Of a stretch of 64,000 nt of DNA, positions 48,501-58,566 are shown piece after piece (within the stretch, counting starts at the first letter, position 1; the number at the start of each line of letters is the position of its first letter). This DNA is from Macrostomum lignano (Eukaryota). Position numbers and translations under genes: made by a program. The notes beneath the pieces are model-generated. The model was not told where the DNA came from and searched no databases. It was given only the letters and a program-made list of their open reading frames with translations. Where the stretch lies: assembly GCA_002269645.1 (NCBI GenBank), contig NIVC01001035.1, positions 124,001-188,000 of the forward strand, given 5' to 3'.

Positions 48501-51500
48501 GCTGACAGAGGCGTACTGCTTGGCAAAGGCGTTGGCTTTGTCTCTAGGGTCTGTTAACACTTTGTTGCCGACCTGGAGGGCCTCATTAGGGCAGTTGGAG
48601 TCCGGAGTGCCGTTAAGGCTGCGGATGAACTTCCACGCCTTGTTCGAGTTGGGCTCTTTCTCAAGATCGGTTATCGTGTCACGCCAAGCAGCCTCTTTCG
48701 TTGCCCTGGCAATTTTGTGAACGTTGGCGCAGGCGCTGAGCCAATCTTCTCTATTCTCGCCAACGGAGCGCCTGAGGCGGTTACGGAGCTTAATCGCCGC
48801 TTTGAGTTCAGGGGTGAGCCAGGGACGCGGTCTGTGCGAGGTACGGACTTTGCCGATGCAAAGGTTTGCCGCTTGCATGACTATATCATTAAAGCGTTTG
48901 GCTCTGGCGTCAAAGGTAAGATGCTCTTTGTGAAGGGCTTTAAATTTGTCCTCGACGACCGTTTGGAAAGCATTCCAGTCGACCCATGGTTTGCGCCATA
49001 TGAGACGGCTTTGGGCCTTAGGCAAGGTCCTAACCTTGAGGTCAAGGCGGATCACAATCGGCGTGTGATCACTGCCGAGGTCATCGGAGACTTGCCAGGT
49101 GCATTTGCTAGCCAGCTTTGAGGAGGCGAAGGACACATCCGGTGAGCTTTCGCCACCTGTGGCTTTATTGACTCTGGTGGGCGAGCCGTCGTTAAGGATT
49201 TCCAGTTGCGTGTCGATGGACCAGTCCAGGAGCGTGGAGCCTCGTTCGTCCTGGGGCTGTATAGGGTCCCAGGCCGGAGAGTGGCTGTTGAAGTCTCCTA
49301 GGATGATGCCCTGAGACGAAGTGCCCAGGTGATTCCAGTCCGGGAGCTGTCGATCCTCGACGCAGGTGCGGACAGGTGGAGCATAGACGTTGGTGATGGT
49401 AATCCAGTTAGCGGTAGATATCTGGATGTCGACCGTCTGGATTTCCATGTCCGCTGTGGCCGTGGGTTGCGGGGACGAGCGGAAGGCCAGCTTGTCTCTG
49501 ATGAGAAGCAGCAGACCTCCACCGCTGCCGTCGCCGCGGTCTTTGCGCACGGCGATGTACCCGTTGATCTTTGGCAGCTGCGTGCGGTTGGAGAGCTTCG
49601 TTTCTTGGACAGCTGCAATGTCGATATCGCTGTCGGAGAGGCGTTCGGCCAGCTCGGGCAGTTTGGAGGCGATTCCGTCGGCGTTCCACTGGAGAAGACG
49701 GAGGCTGTCGGCAAATTTAGTGTCGCGGGCGACCTTGTCCTGCAGGGGGACGCGCGACGTAGCTGCCGAAGGGGCGGGAGCTCCTTGGGTGCGCGCTGTG
49801 CAAACTGGGCAGTCCCAAGGGCTGCGAGCCGCGGCATCCGCGGCGTTGCGATTAAGGCCGGTGCAGCACTTGTGGTAAGCGGCGCTGCAGGAGTTGCACT
49901 TGACAAACGCGACGCCGCGGCGAATGGCGGTCGAGCATTTAGCACAGTAGCGGCGCTGGGCGTCGCTTGGATCGTTCAGATCTCTGTCGGTAGTGGGATC
50001 AGCTTGTCTGCGGGTAAGAGCAGGGCGGCGGAAGATGGAGTGTGCGCCTGGAAGTTGGACCGCCTGCTGCCGATGCAGAGGGCAGAGCCAGCTGGGGGCG
50101 CCACGATACCGCGAGATGTGGCTGCAGTTGCTGGAGCGGTGGCAGGCCAGAGCGCAACCTTTGGCAGCGCAAGTGAGCGGAGTAGTGCCAGTGCGGATGG
50201 GCCCTGAGCAGCTGTGACAGCGCGTTGGCTGAGACATGCGGGGCTCGGGTGCCGGGAGGTCACGCAGGTGCGCAGCGGATGCCGAGTCCAATTCAAGGGG
50301 GCGGTGCACAGAGCAGCGCCACGGAGATCGGACAATCTCGGCGCGGTGCATACCGCTGCATTTCTTCTGACAGTGGCAGCGCTCGGAACATTCTGGGACC
50401 TCACATGGCAGGCTGTGCATGCCCGTGCGGAGTGGGCCGTTGCATGAGTTGCAGGCTGGGCCGGGATTAGTTTCGATGTCCCCGGCGAGCGTAGTGAGGG
50501 CGAGCGCAAAGAGGACGAGGCGGGACAGATAGACAGCAGCAAAACAACCGGTCTCCCTGCCAGCCGTGCCGAAGGCACGCGAGGGCAGATGGGTTGAAGA
50601 CCACGACTTAGGAGCTTTGGTGTTAAAACCGGGTCGCCGCGATGAGGCAGCTCCTTTGACCGCACCAGAAGGTGCACCAACCCTATGGGGCTGATCGGGC
50701 TGCTGCTGCTGCTGCCACGTCCCCTGAGGAGCAACGGGGCGTAGAGGCTGGGCTCCAAACGTCTGTGGCGGACCTGCGGGCCCAGCTGGCAAGCTCAGAG
50801 CAGACTGTGTGGAAGCTGCGTGCCGAGGTCTCTCGGCGCCCACTGCGGAAGGTCTGGGTGCAGCGGGTCCGGCGTCTTCAGGACCGACTGCAAGCAGCTC
50901 GGCAGCATGCGCGGATCAAGACCCAGGTGCTGCTGGCCATGCGTGATGCCAAGCAGTCTCAGAAGCGTCGCCAGGTTGCCCGGGCAGAAGCTGCTGCGGC
51001 GCAGCGCATCCGCGACCTTCAGGCCGAACTGCGCCAGATGCACGATATGTTGTCTACCGCAAACAGTCGCGTAAGAGGCATTGAATATAAATAATGTGTA
51101 GCTATTGAGACAGACAGACAGAGACAGACAGACAGACAGACAGAGAAACAGACAGACACAGACAAAAGAAATATTCTTTGTGTCATTCATTCAACTTCCA
51201 CTTCGAATCCAACCCTTATTCCTAACACCTAACAGATCCAGTATCTCCAGGACTACATCCGTGCCAGCCAGACGCATGTGCTCCAGACGCGCAAGCCGCG
51301 CCCTACCGGTGGACAACAGTACACCAACAGGGTCATCTCCACGTGCATGGACCTGGTGCTCAAGTGCCACGTCCCTGTACGAGCCGTCCGCGACACCGTC
51401 AGGACTGTCGTGGAGGACCTCTGCGAGTGGCGGATCGTCGACAAGCTGCCATCGGACTCGCTGATCAGCGCGGTCACGTACGGCGTGGGCAACAGTCTCG

Positions 51501-54411
51501 CCAAGGCGAAGGCCATGGAGAGCATCCTGCTCGCGGCCGGGACTGACCAGCCGCTGACGCTGATGACCGACGCCACTAGCAAGAAGGGCAACCACTGGAA
51601 TGTCCTGCAGGTTAGTTTTAATTGTAGTGAGAATGACACCCACCCACCTACCCACTCACCCACCCACCCACCTACCCACTCACCCACCTACCCACTCACC
51701 CACCCACCCACCTACCCACTCACCCACCCACCACTCAGGCCGACACTGGCGACGGCACGGTGGCGCTGACGCTGCGACAGGTCGAGGGCGGCACTGCTCA
51801 GATGTACGCCCGCGAGATGGATACATCCATCGACCGTCTCGTCGACGCCTATTGCGACATCGTGAAGCCGGGGGAAGACGGCGCGGAGGCTAGGCGCGAG
51901 ATGAAGCGCAACCTCTTTGTCCGCGTCAACTTCCTGATGACGGACCGGCACGTGGTCAATAAGTGCCTGCTGGTCCTGCTCAACGAGATGCGGGACACTA
52001 TGATGTCCAACGACGGCCTGCCTCCTCCTGAGAAGGTGGTTGCAGTGTACTGTGCAATGCACCTTATCGTCAACCTGGCTGCTGCGATGGAGAGCGGCCT
52101 GCGCGACTGGGAGGGCTGCGTTTCGGCCGCGCCGCTAGGGGCTGCAGCTGTCCCCGGTTTCAAGACCGCCAAGGCGGAGTCCGGTAAGTTTTCAATGTCC
52201 GGGGGATCTCTGGGGCTTTGGGGGATAGAGACTTAACATGTGCCATTTCCCGTCCATTCTTCCCTGTAAACAGGCACTCAGCGGCTGATCAGGACTGTCA
52301 GCAAAGCCTTCCATCGACTGGGGAACGAGCAGTGCGGCGTTGCCGTTCCGTTCGAGGTCTACTTGCAGTCGCGCGGGGCGAAGCCGTTCCAGATGGAGGA
52401 CTTCCGGGGCAACCGGGCGTACGTAATCTTCCCCAACGGTGGCCACGTGTTCGCCCAGCGGAAGCTACTGACAGCCTTCCTGCAGGAGTACCCCTGCAGC
52501 AACCGACTGCTCGTTGCCGTGCAGAACGACCTGGCGTCCGACATCCTCCTCACCGGCTGTCGCGCGTTGGGCGTCATCGACTTCCTGGTCGTCAGGTGAG
52601 GCTGGAACGAGGTTTGTCGTTGAAAGGGAGACAAAAAATGAAGAAAAGGAAAAAAATAAAACAATTCCAAACCCTCCAATTCTATCCACAGGCCCTTGTG
52701 GCTGCTTCTCCGGAGCCCGAGGTCGGCGGTGAGCCTCATGGACATGAACAGCCGCTACGAGCAGCTGTGTCAGTGGCTCCAGGACGTGGCCTCGTCGGAC
52801 GCTGTCCAATTCTCAGCGGACTTCAGCGGGCCATTTCCTGACCTCGCTGACGCCGTCCTGAAGCCGCAGGATGCACGGGACACCTGGGCTGCCCTGACCT
52901 CCGACGCCTCGGACCTGGACAAAGATCTCCTTGGCCAGGCTCTGCAGGTTGCTTCCGCGCACATGCTGGTCCTCGCTCGCCGTGAGGTGATAGATCACCT
53001 GCCTGGTGGTGCGCTGCGCAGCCTGCCAGACGACCATGCCCGGATGGCCGCCGCTGCGCCGAAGGACAACGTCCCGTGCGAGGAGGCCTTCGCCGGGCTT
53101 GACAGTATTGTCAGGTCGAAGCCAAACATGCGCGACGTGGCCCGCGAGACTTACGTCCTGTTCAAGCAGAACGGCACTAGCGAATGGCTTCGCGAGAAGT
53201 CACAGCAGGAGCAGGATGCGATGATGACGCGCGCACGGCAGATGGCCAAGAAGGTCGAGGCGCAGGCCAAGGCGGATACCCAGGCTATTCGACTGGCGCA
53301 GCAGCGCCTGCAGCAGAGCCGGATTGCGCAGGACCAGCTCAAGAAGGCCACTAAGGAGCGTGTCCTTCGCGACCTGATCAACTCCGTGCACGACTACGGT
53401 GGCCTGTGGCTCACGGTGGCTGACATGTGCCAGCACCTGCAGGACATGCCGGAGCAGCTGCAGGAGCAAGCAGTGACCGCCCAGTTGCGACTGCACAAAG
53501 CCATGAGTAAATGTTATTAATTTAATGCCACGATATGCACTCATGCCTTTCCTGTCATCAAAGAACTTAATATGTACTGCTTTACACCCTCCTCAAACAC
53601 AGAGCCGACAGTCCCCAAGGACATGGCTGGCTGCCTCAACCTGACGGACTCCGGCGCCAGGAGGTCGGTCCAGCTTCTTGTCGACAACCTGCAGGCTTTC
53701 CTGGGCCACCTGGAGAAGCAGAACGATGCGCCTGTCGACGAGGTCACTGCGCAGGCTGTTTCGGTGCGGTCTGCTGACGACCGTACTAGCCGTGTCCAGG
53801 CTGCCATTGCCAAGAAGCTGGAGCCAGCGCAACGAAAGGCCCCAGCTGCATCAGCACATCCAGGCGCCGCCAGACCTCGTGGACGGGGCCGGGGTTCTGG
53901 CCGAGGAGCTCAGCCTCCGGCTCAGGGCACCGACAGAGGCGGACGCGGGACCAGGCGCGGACGCGGGACCGGGCGCGGACGCGGGACCGGGCGCGGACGC
54001 GGGACCGGGCGCGGACGTGGGACCGGGCGCGGACGCGGGAGTGCTGGCATCCGAGCTGGTGCAAAGCGGCCTCGTATCTCCAGCTCCGAGTCCGAGTCTG
54101 ATTCTGACGCCTCCAGTCCTGAGGATGCCCCGGAGGCTGCCCAAGCCGCACTGGTGCCGACACTCGAGAACCTGCCAGACCTTGTGGGTCAGCGCATTGA
54201 AATGTGCTTCGGCTACGCTGATGGGTCGGAGCGCTGGTCGCAGGGCTACGTGCTGGGCCGTGTGCCAAGCTCGAGCCGTGATGTCCTCGCATGGGTCTTT
54301 GAGATGGTCTTCGACGAGACTGGCCCTGAGGATGTGTACCGGTACACACTGTGCAATGATTGGATGAACAATGACCTCCACGTGCTAGACAGCGATGACG
54401 ATGACGAGTAG
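45570..54411 (+). CDS. hAT-like transposase, about 1180 aa, disrupted by LINE insertion. Exons 45570-45990+50715-51070, 51236-51610, 51739-52183, 52274-52595, 52692-53506, 53603-54411
   Basis: All five introns are GT-AG and phase-compatible; spliced length 3543 nt with no internal stop once the LINE and one TSD copy are removed. Motifs LMTDATSKKG (D), FLMTDRHVVN (D), YCAMH (CxxH), KDNVPCEEAFA (E). Confidence 0.85.
46032..50699 (-). CDS. LINE polyprotein (about 1555 codons): 2A peptide, 3 PHD-like fingers, AP endonuclease, reverse transcriptase, RNase H, CCHC knuckle
   Basis: GDIETNPGP; three Cys/His clusters; LLQWNADG, VQETK, GDFNSH, SDH (APE); RPISLTSC, QAGFR, LDFCKAFD, GLPQGS, YADD (RT); YCDGS, DSQS, WVPGH, GNELADQAAK (RNase H); CHRC..DLEHWLDC. 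Confidence 0.95.
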   Translation of the reverse strand, partial: PDQPHRVGAPSGAVKGAASSRRPGFNTKAPKSWSSTHLPSRAFGTAGRETGCFAAVYLSRLVLFALALTTLAGDIETNPGPACNSCNGPLRTGMHSLPCEVPECSERCHCQKKCSGMHRAEIVRSPWRCSVHRPLELDSASAAHLRDLPAPEPRMSQPTRCHSCSGPIRTGTTPLTCAAKGCALACHRSSNCSHISRYRGAPSWLCPLHRQQAVQLPGAHSIFRRPALTRRQADPTTDRDLNDPSDAQRRYCAKCSTAIRRGVAFVKCNSCSAAYHKCCTGLNRNAADAAARSPWDCPVCTARTQGAPAPSAATSRVPLQDKVARDTKFADSLRLLQWNADGIASKLPELAERLSDSDIDIAAVQETKLSNRTQLPKINGYIAVRKDRGDGSGGGLLLLIRDKLAFRSSPQPTATADMEIQTVDIQISTANWITITNVYAPPVRTCVEDRQLPDWNHLGTSSQGIILGDFNSHSPAWDPIQPQDERGSTLLDWSIDTQLEILNDGSPTRVNKATGGESSPDVSFASSKLASKCTWQVSDDLGSDHTPIVIRLDLKVRTLPKAQSRLIWRKPWVDWNAFQTVVEDKFKALHKEHLTFDARAKRFNDIVMQAANLCIGKVRTSHRPRPWLTPELKAAIKLRNRLRRSVGENREDWLSACANVHKIARATKEAAWRDTITDLEKEPNSNKAWKFIRSLNGTPDSNCPNEALQVGNKVLTDPRDKANAFAKQYASVSRYHISHSDRATIREAKAILRLPLPLPGSTHDGYAAITEQELDSAIQHQRANGAAGADEVTPRFIKALGPLARAELLSLFNWSFQHAAVAQSWRTAIIIPLLKAGKSARDIAAFRPISLTSCIVKLLERILVTRLHHLAERHGWISPNQAGFRANYSCEDQLLRVTQDISDGMNLKPSERTIIALLDFCKAFDKVWRERLITVMARKRVPLVFIKWTAAFLRHRIARVQLHGARSSPVIMRQGLPQGSVIAPFLFLIFIDTVNDVVNPPAEISMYADDIALRARHRNKLEAQRAVQRALDNVARWSNEHKMVLNPDKSEAAFFSTDTSEAAWSPAISIEGRNLRHNPTPRLLGLTLDRTLSFRSHLEHVCNRTTSRCRLLACLASKEWGWSKKLLLRIYRAMQLSIINFAAPAWHPWLSESAFQQLERAQNAALRIVTGQHRTTPVEALRLEAGICSVRTGSNVICLTAFERAQRLPDSHPCRIAATGNTAHRLRRNSWRNHVTDLLPLIASSVTPRAMICTARPPPWDPFSTDVRVDMALPEPGPARTATAIDTIRHLPGLITIYCDGSASGGTTNGGASAIVTTGDPAHPIILATLQQRGAPSTSSFEEELRAASLAIGWINQAALTAATNICSDSQSMLRALASGNPRIRSALPTASAEITWQWVPGHQNIPGNELADQAAKEATTLVSPASQISIHSAKNVIRRSVLDPPIRHERTRHAYRLLNRQLEEDSITNRADAVLLARLRSGHCTLFNAYRSIVDPAVDPACHRCGHPCDDLEHWLDCPALAGTRLRLLGGPTTDISSISADPLGLIALARHCP
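50457..50530 (-). other. 2A ribosomal-skipping (StopGo) peptide SRLVLFALALTTLAGDIETNPG/P
   Basis: Matches the D-[VI]-E-x-N-P-G-P consensus with a hydrophobic upstream stretch. Confidence 0.9.
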
Positions 54412-54588
54412 CTTAAGTCCTTCTTAAAGTACTTTGTGGCCCAGCACTGCATCGCATGGTAGAGGGAAGGGGGGCATAGGGGGAATGTATATAGTACATA
54501 TATCATTGTATGTATCATGTATGTACAGTTTCTATGTTTCTGCATAAAGACTTGTACTTACCAATCAGTTGAGCAGTTTTCTTACTGA

Positions 54589-54894
54589 TAATTAATTAAT
54601 AATTGATTACACCTGCCCAATGGGCAGATGTGCAACCGACAGCTCAGCCGCAGCTATTGCGCGGCGCATCTGAAGGCTGCGTATGGCTGTTCAGTCCAAG
54701 GACTGGGGGGTCGCCACACACACCCTCAATTACCCCAGCTAATGCTGGTACCCATTTTACAGCTGGGTAAACTGAAGCAATGCAGAGTTAAGTGTCTTGC
54801 TCAAGGACACAAATTGTTGCAGAGGGATCGGGAATCGAACCCCCGACCTTCAAGTCGTGAGTCCGACGCCCTGACCACTAGGCTACAACCCGGC
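54589..54894 (-). mobile_element. tRNA-derived CORE-SINE inserted in the 3' end of the hAT element
   Basis: A box TAGCCTAGTGG, B box GGTTCGATTCC. 54749-54812 reads TTGTGTCCTTGAGCAAGACACTTAACTCTGCATTGCTTCAGTTTACCCAGCTGTAAAATGGGTA, closely resembling the MIR CORE. ATTA-rich tail; TSD TTTCTTACTGA on both sides. Confidence 0.88.
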
Positions 54895-57800
54895 TTCAGT
54901 TTCTTACTGAACAATTATTAGAAAGGAAGTTAGCGTCGTTGACCAGATGAATGCTAGGGGTCGCTTGCTGGGATAGCTTTGCTGGGGTCAGTATCCAGCA
55001 GCCTTCCAGCGGAAGCCTTCCTTTTGACCCCCATGTTCCATGTATGGAATTAGATGTACAGATTCGTATGAAGCCATTTGACCACATATATATATAGCTG
55101 TATATATTGTATAGAGGGTACAGTGGGCCCTACTATACTGTTTTGCAAAAAAAGTGCATGCAGCAATTCCCCTTTATCTTTTCAACCCCTTGCTGTACAT
55201 TTTCCTATCTCCGTAATGTATTTGCATGTATGCCTGCACCAATGTTGAGAATTTTCACCTAGTGCGGCAAGGGCTAGTGGAAATCGCTTTTAGGACAAAA
55301 TATATGACCAATGTCCCTACCATTTGGTGAAAAAAACTCGCGGTCGACTCTTTCCATTTTTAAAAAAAGTGCGATTTTCATGTTTCTAATGGGGATTTAC
55401 ATGTATTTTGCCCATTTCTGGTAAGCACACTGCGGCAAGGGTTAGAAGCATCCTGTTTGGTGTAACAGGTTCTTTTTGTCACCAGAAGTAAGTGGAAAAA
55501 AGAATTAGGCAGTCGACTCATTCCATTCAAAAGTTATGGCCATTTGAATTTTTCGATGTACATGTACATGTACATGTACATTTTTTTGGGAAAATTTTTT
55601 CAGCCAAAATGGTCTGCATAATGATCCCTCAATCCAATGTGCATGCATTTTTGATAGTTTTGCACTCATTCAATGAAAACTGGAGCTGCCTGACCCCATA
55701 TTTTTCTCCAATTTCGGCACAGTTTTAAAAATGTACAAAAATGTATACCATGTTTCACAGTCTGCAACTTTCTTGTCGTATGTACTACACACACAAGCAA
55801 TATGTTGTTTGAAAGATCTACTTGTCTACTTTCCAACAAATGTAAGATCGTTGCAGTGTGTCACTTATTTCAAAAGTTATAGCCACAGAAAGAAGACCAC
55901 TTTTTTGCCATTTTTCCCTTCTGCACAAGCCAAAAACAGGCTCACTGGACCCCCTACTATAGGCCTACTTATGAAGAGTCTAAATCAACATTAGAAAATT
56001 GATATCCAGAAGTTATTTCACAAATCATAGACATAGCAAAAGTGTAGGCCTATAGCATCTTTGTATATACGATTGCTAAAATAGGCCTATTGTAGATTAA
56101 AAGTGAAATTTTTTATTCCTGTACTTATGTTTTGTAGGCCTATACAAAAAATAAAAAAACATGCAACATTTTTATTTGAGGACTAACTACATAGTGTACA
56201 TATACATTATATATATTGGACTTGAGTAAGACCAACATATTTTTTTTTCAAAAAAATATTTAAGCACTTTGTGGCACTTTTTTATAATTTTGAAAATACA
56301 GTACTGATAAATGATAATAAAAGTATTTAAAAGTTATTTTCTTAACAAGTACTGGTATTAGATTAGAACAAGGGAAGTGCTAGAACTTTGAAAATTACTT
56401 TCAGTTTTATTGCAATATTGGAACCAAGCAAAAGTTTCTTACTCAATATTATTATATTATACTCATATCTAATATAACATAGCATAGACATAGGCATATA
56501 CCAAGTTATTACCATAGCCATAGGCATAACAAGCTGAATATTAAATAATCATTGTTTTTTCTTTTATATTCCTCAATCCTCATAGGGACATAGTCCACAT
56601 TCAACAATTAACAATATTTGCATTGATAGATAGAATATTGAGTGTCAAAAATGTGATATCGTCCAACGACTCCAACTCCAATCCATAAAGGTAGGCCTAT
56701 CTATGTTATTGATTTGTCTTAAAAAATGGCTCAATCGATTTTTATAAAACTTGTACTGTCTGATCAGATTTTTTTCTTATTCAAGTTATAACCCATTACC
56801 AATAATGAGTTGCTAATATATATTATTTCATGTATATGTGATCAATATGAGAAAAATTACTCCTCCAATTCTGCAGTGACATATGCTAGGCCTACGCGGC
56901 TAACCAACTAACAAACAACACAATTACCTAATAGAACGTTTTTCTTAGAAAAGCAATGTTTTTTTCCTTTTAAACTAGATTACAATGACCTGGTCCAAAC
57001 AGCTAAGGTTTCAACAATTTATATAACATTATTATCATTCATAATTTTCTATGAAGCGTTTACACAATTTGTAAATTATTGCTGTACTATTTAGTTTACT
57101 TTTTTACTTTACTATTTATAAAGTTATTTAATTATACTTACACTTTTCAGATTCCTTTTTCTACGAAAAAACGAAAAGCCTCCGACAATTATTACAGTTG
57201 TGCATTCGTTCGCCTGCATTTTCTGTAATAGAATGAATGATAATTAACTTAGTTTTTTATCTCTTAATCTGGAAAACTAGACTGAAAAATTACTGTGCGA
57301 TATCTAGTGCGGATTTGCTTAAATTTATTTAATAAGACGAATTTTCGTGACTAACTGTATGTATTGTATTGTAAGTCGATCTTAGTTAGCCGATCCTACT
57401 AAACAAATTAAAGTTGTCTACATTGACTTTGACATTAACCCTACATAGAAATGGTTACTCGCAATTCAACGAGCATATTCATTCTTATGAGAGACAATGC
57501 TGTGCGACACAGAAGCTTTTACAGTGACAATGTAAGTTTACTAAATATTAATAATAATTATTTATTATTCCTTTTTTTACATAAATCTTCTGTCCAGTAT
57601 ATGCGCCGTCTTTTTTACTGTGACAGTAAAAGACCTTTTTATGTTGCAACAATTAATGAATTAAGGACCTTTTTCCATTGTTATGAAATTATAGGCAATC
57701 TTCTTGAACATTTGGTAAACTATTTTTTAATGTTTTTCGCATTTCTCCACTTTAGAAGCTGATTTTAGCATGTTTGGACATCCCCTAAGCTATTAAAACA

Positions 57801-58566
57801 GTAAAATTAACAACTTTGTTTTTAAACACTTTTTTCATCTCTAGACTGAGTGGGGCAAAATTCTGCAAAAATAAGTGAAGGGTGCAAATTAAACTTATAT
57901 TTTTACTACAATAGTGACTGAACAGGTTACTGGTTAGCTAAAATAGTATTTGTGGTAAATTAATGGCTGGGATTATCTGTGGGAAAGAGCATAGTAGACA
58001 AAGGGAGTTGGTAACTAAAAAGTACAAGGTTGAATTGCAAAACAAAAAGTACAAATCCAACATACATTGTCTGACGTGGCACTGATTCTTGTTGGGAGTG
58101 TCTTTGGTCCAAAGGGATGAGTTGGTTAGAGGAAAGGGAAGTCTGAGCACCCAGACTTATGTTTTTGCTGCTAATTAATTCTTGCTAAGACCATTAACCA
58201 ACCTTTAAGTCTAGCCATAACACCATGTCAGGAGGCCACCTAGTAGTACCATCATTTATTGTTAATCCAAACTCGCTATACAATACCATTAAGCTGACTG
58301 AGAGAAACATGCCATTGGCAGAATTAGCTAAGCTGACACAGGTGGCCTTGGTATTGATATGAAGGTTGATGAGTCCTACTTCATGCACTATAAGTTTCAT
58401 CAGGGTGCCTTCCAACCTGGTCAATGGGTGCTTGGCATGGTGGAGCGTGGTTCAAAAAAGTGCATGATAGTGGTTGTTCTAGACCACTGGCTGTCACCAT
58501 GCTCCCTATAATCGCGTATTTTATTCTACTAGGGTCACGCATCAAAATAGATGGCTAGCAGGCATA

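Larger units (their letters stand above)
45991..50699 (-). mobile_element. Full-length Ingi-like (I-group) non-LTR retrotransposon, 4.7 kb
   Basis: (CAA)n tail at 45991-46010; 15-bp TSD (CTG)5 at 45976-45990 and 50700-50714; single uninterrupted ORF. Confidence 0.93.
44728..55956 (+). mobile_element. hAT-superfamily DNA transposon (probably hATw-like), about 6.2 kb without nested insertions
   Basis: Exact 16-bp TIRs TAGGGGGTCCAGTGAG (44728-44743, 55941-55956). 7-bp TSD CTATAGG (44721-44727, 55957-55963). Internal transposase gene. Confidence 0.9.

Noticed and set aside
46058-50758. Many overlapping ORFs on both strands within the LINE and hAT coding regions
   Set aside because: Expected shadow ORFs of GC-rich coding sequence.
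50700-50843. ORF-track start (Met at 50843) of the 1603-aa LINE protein
   Set aside because: It lies outside the TSD-defined element, in antisense hAT transposase sequence; the frame is open by chance.
54830-54894. tRNA gene
   Set aside because: A and B boxes are present, but the sequence runs into a CORE domain and tail with a TSD; it is a SINE head. The same holds for 10700-10765.
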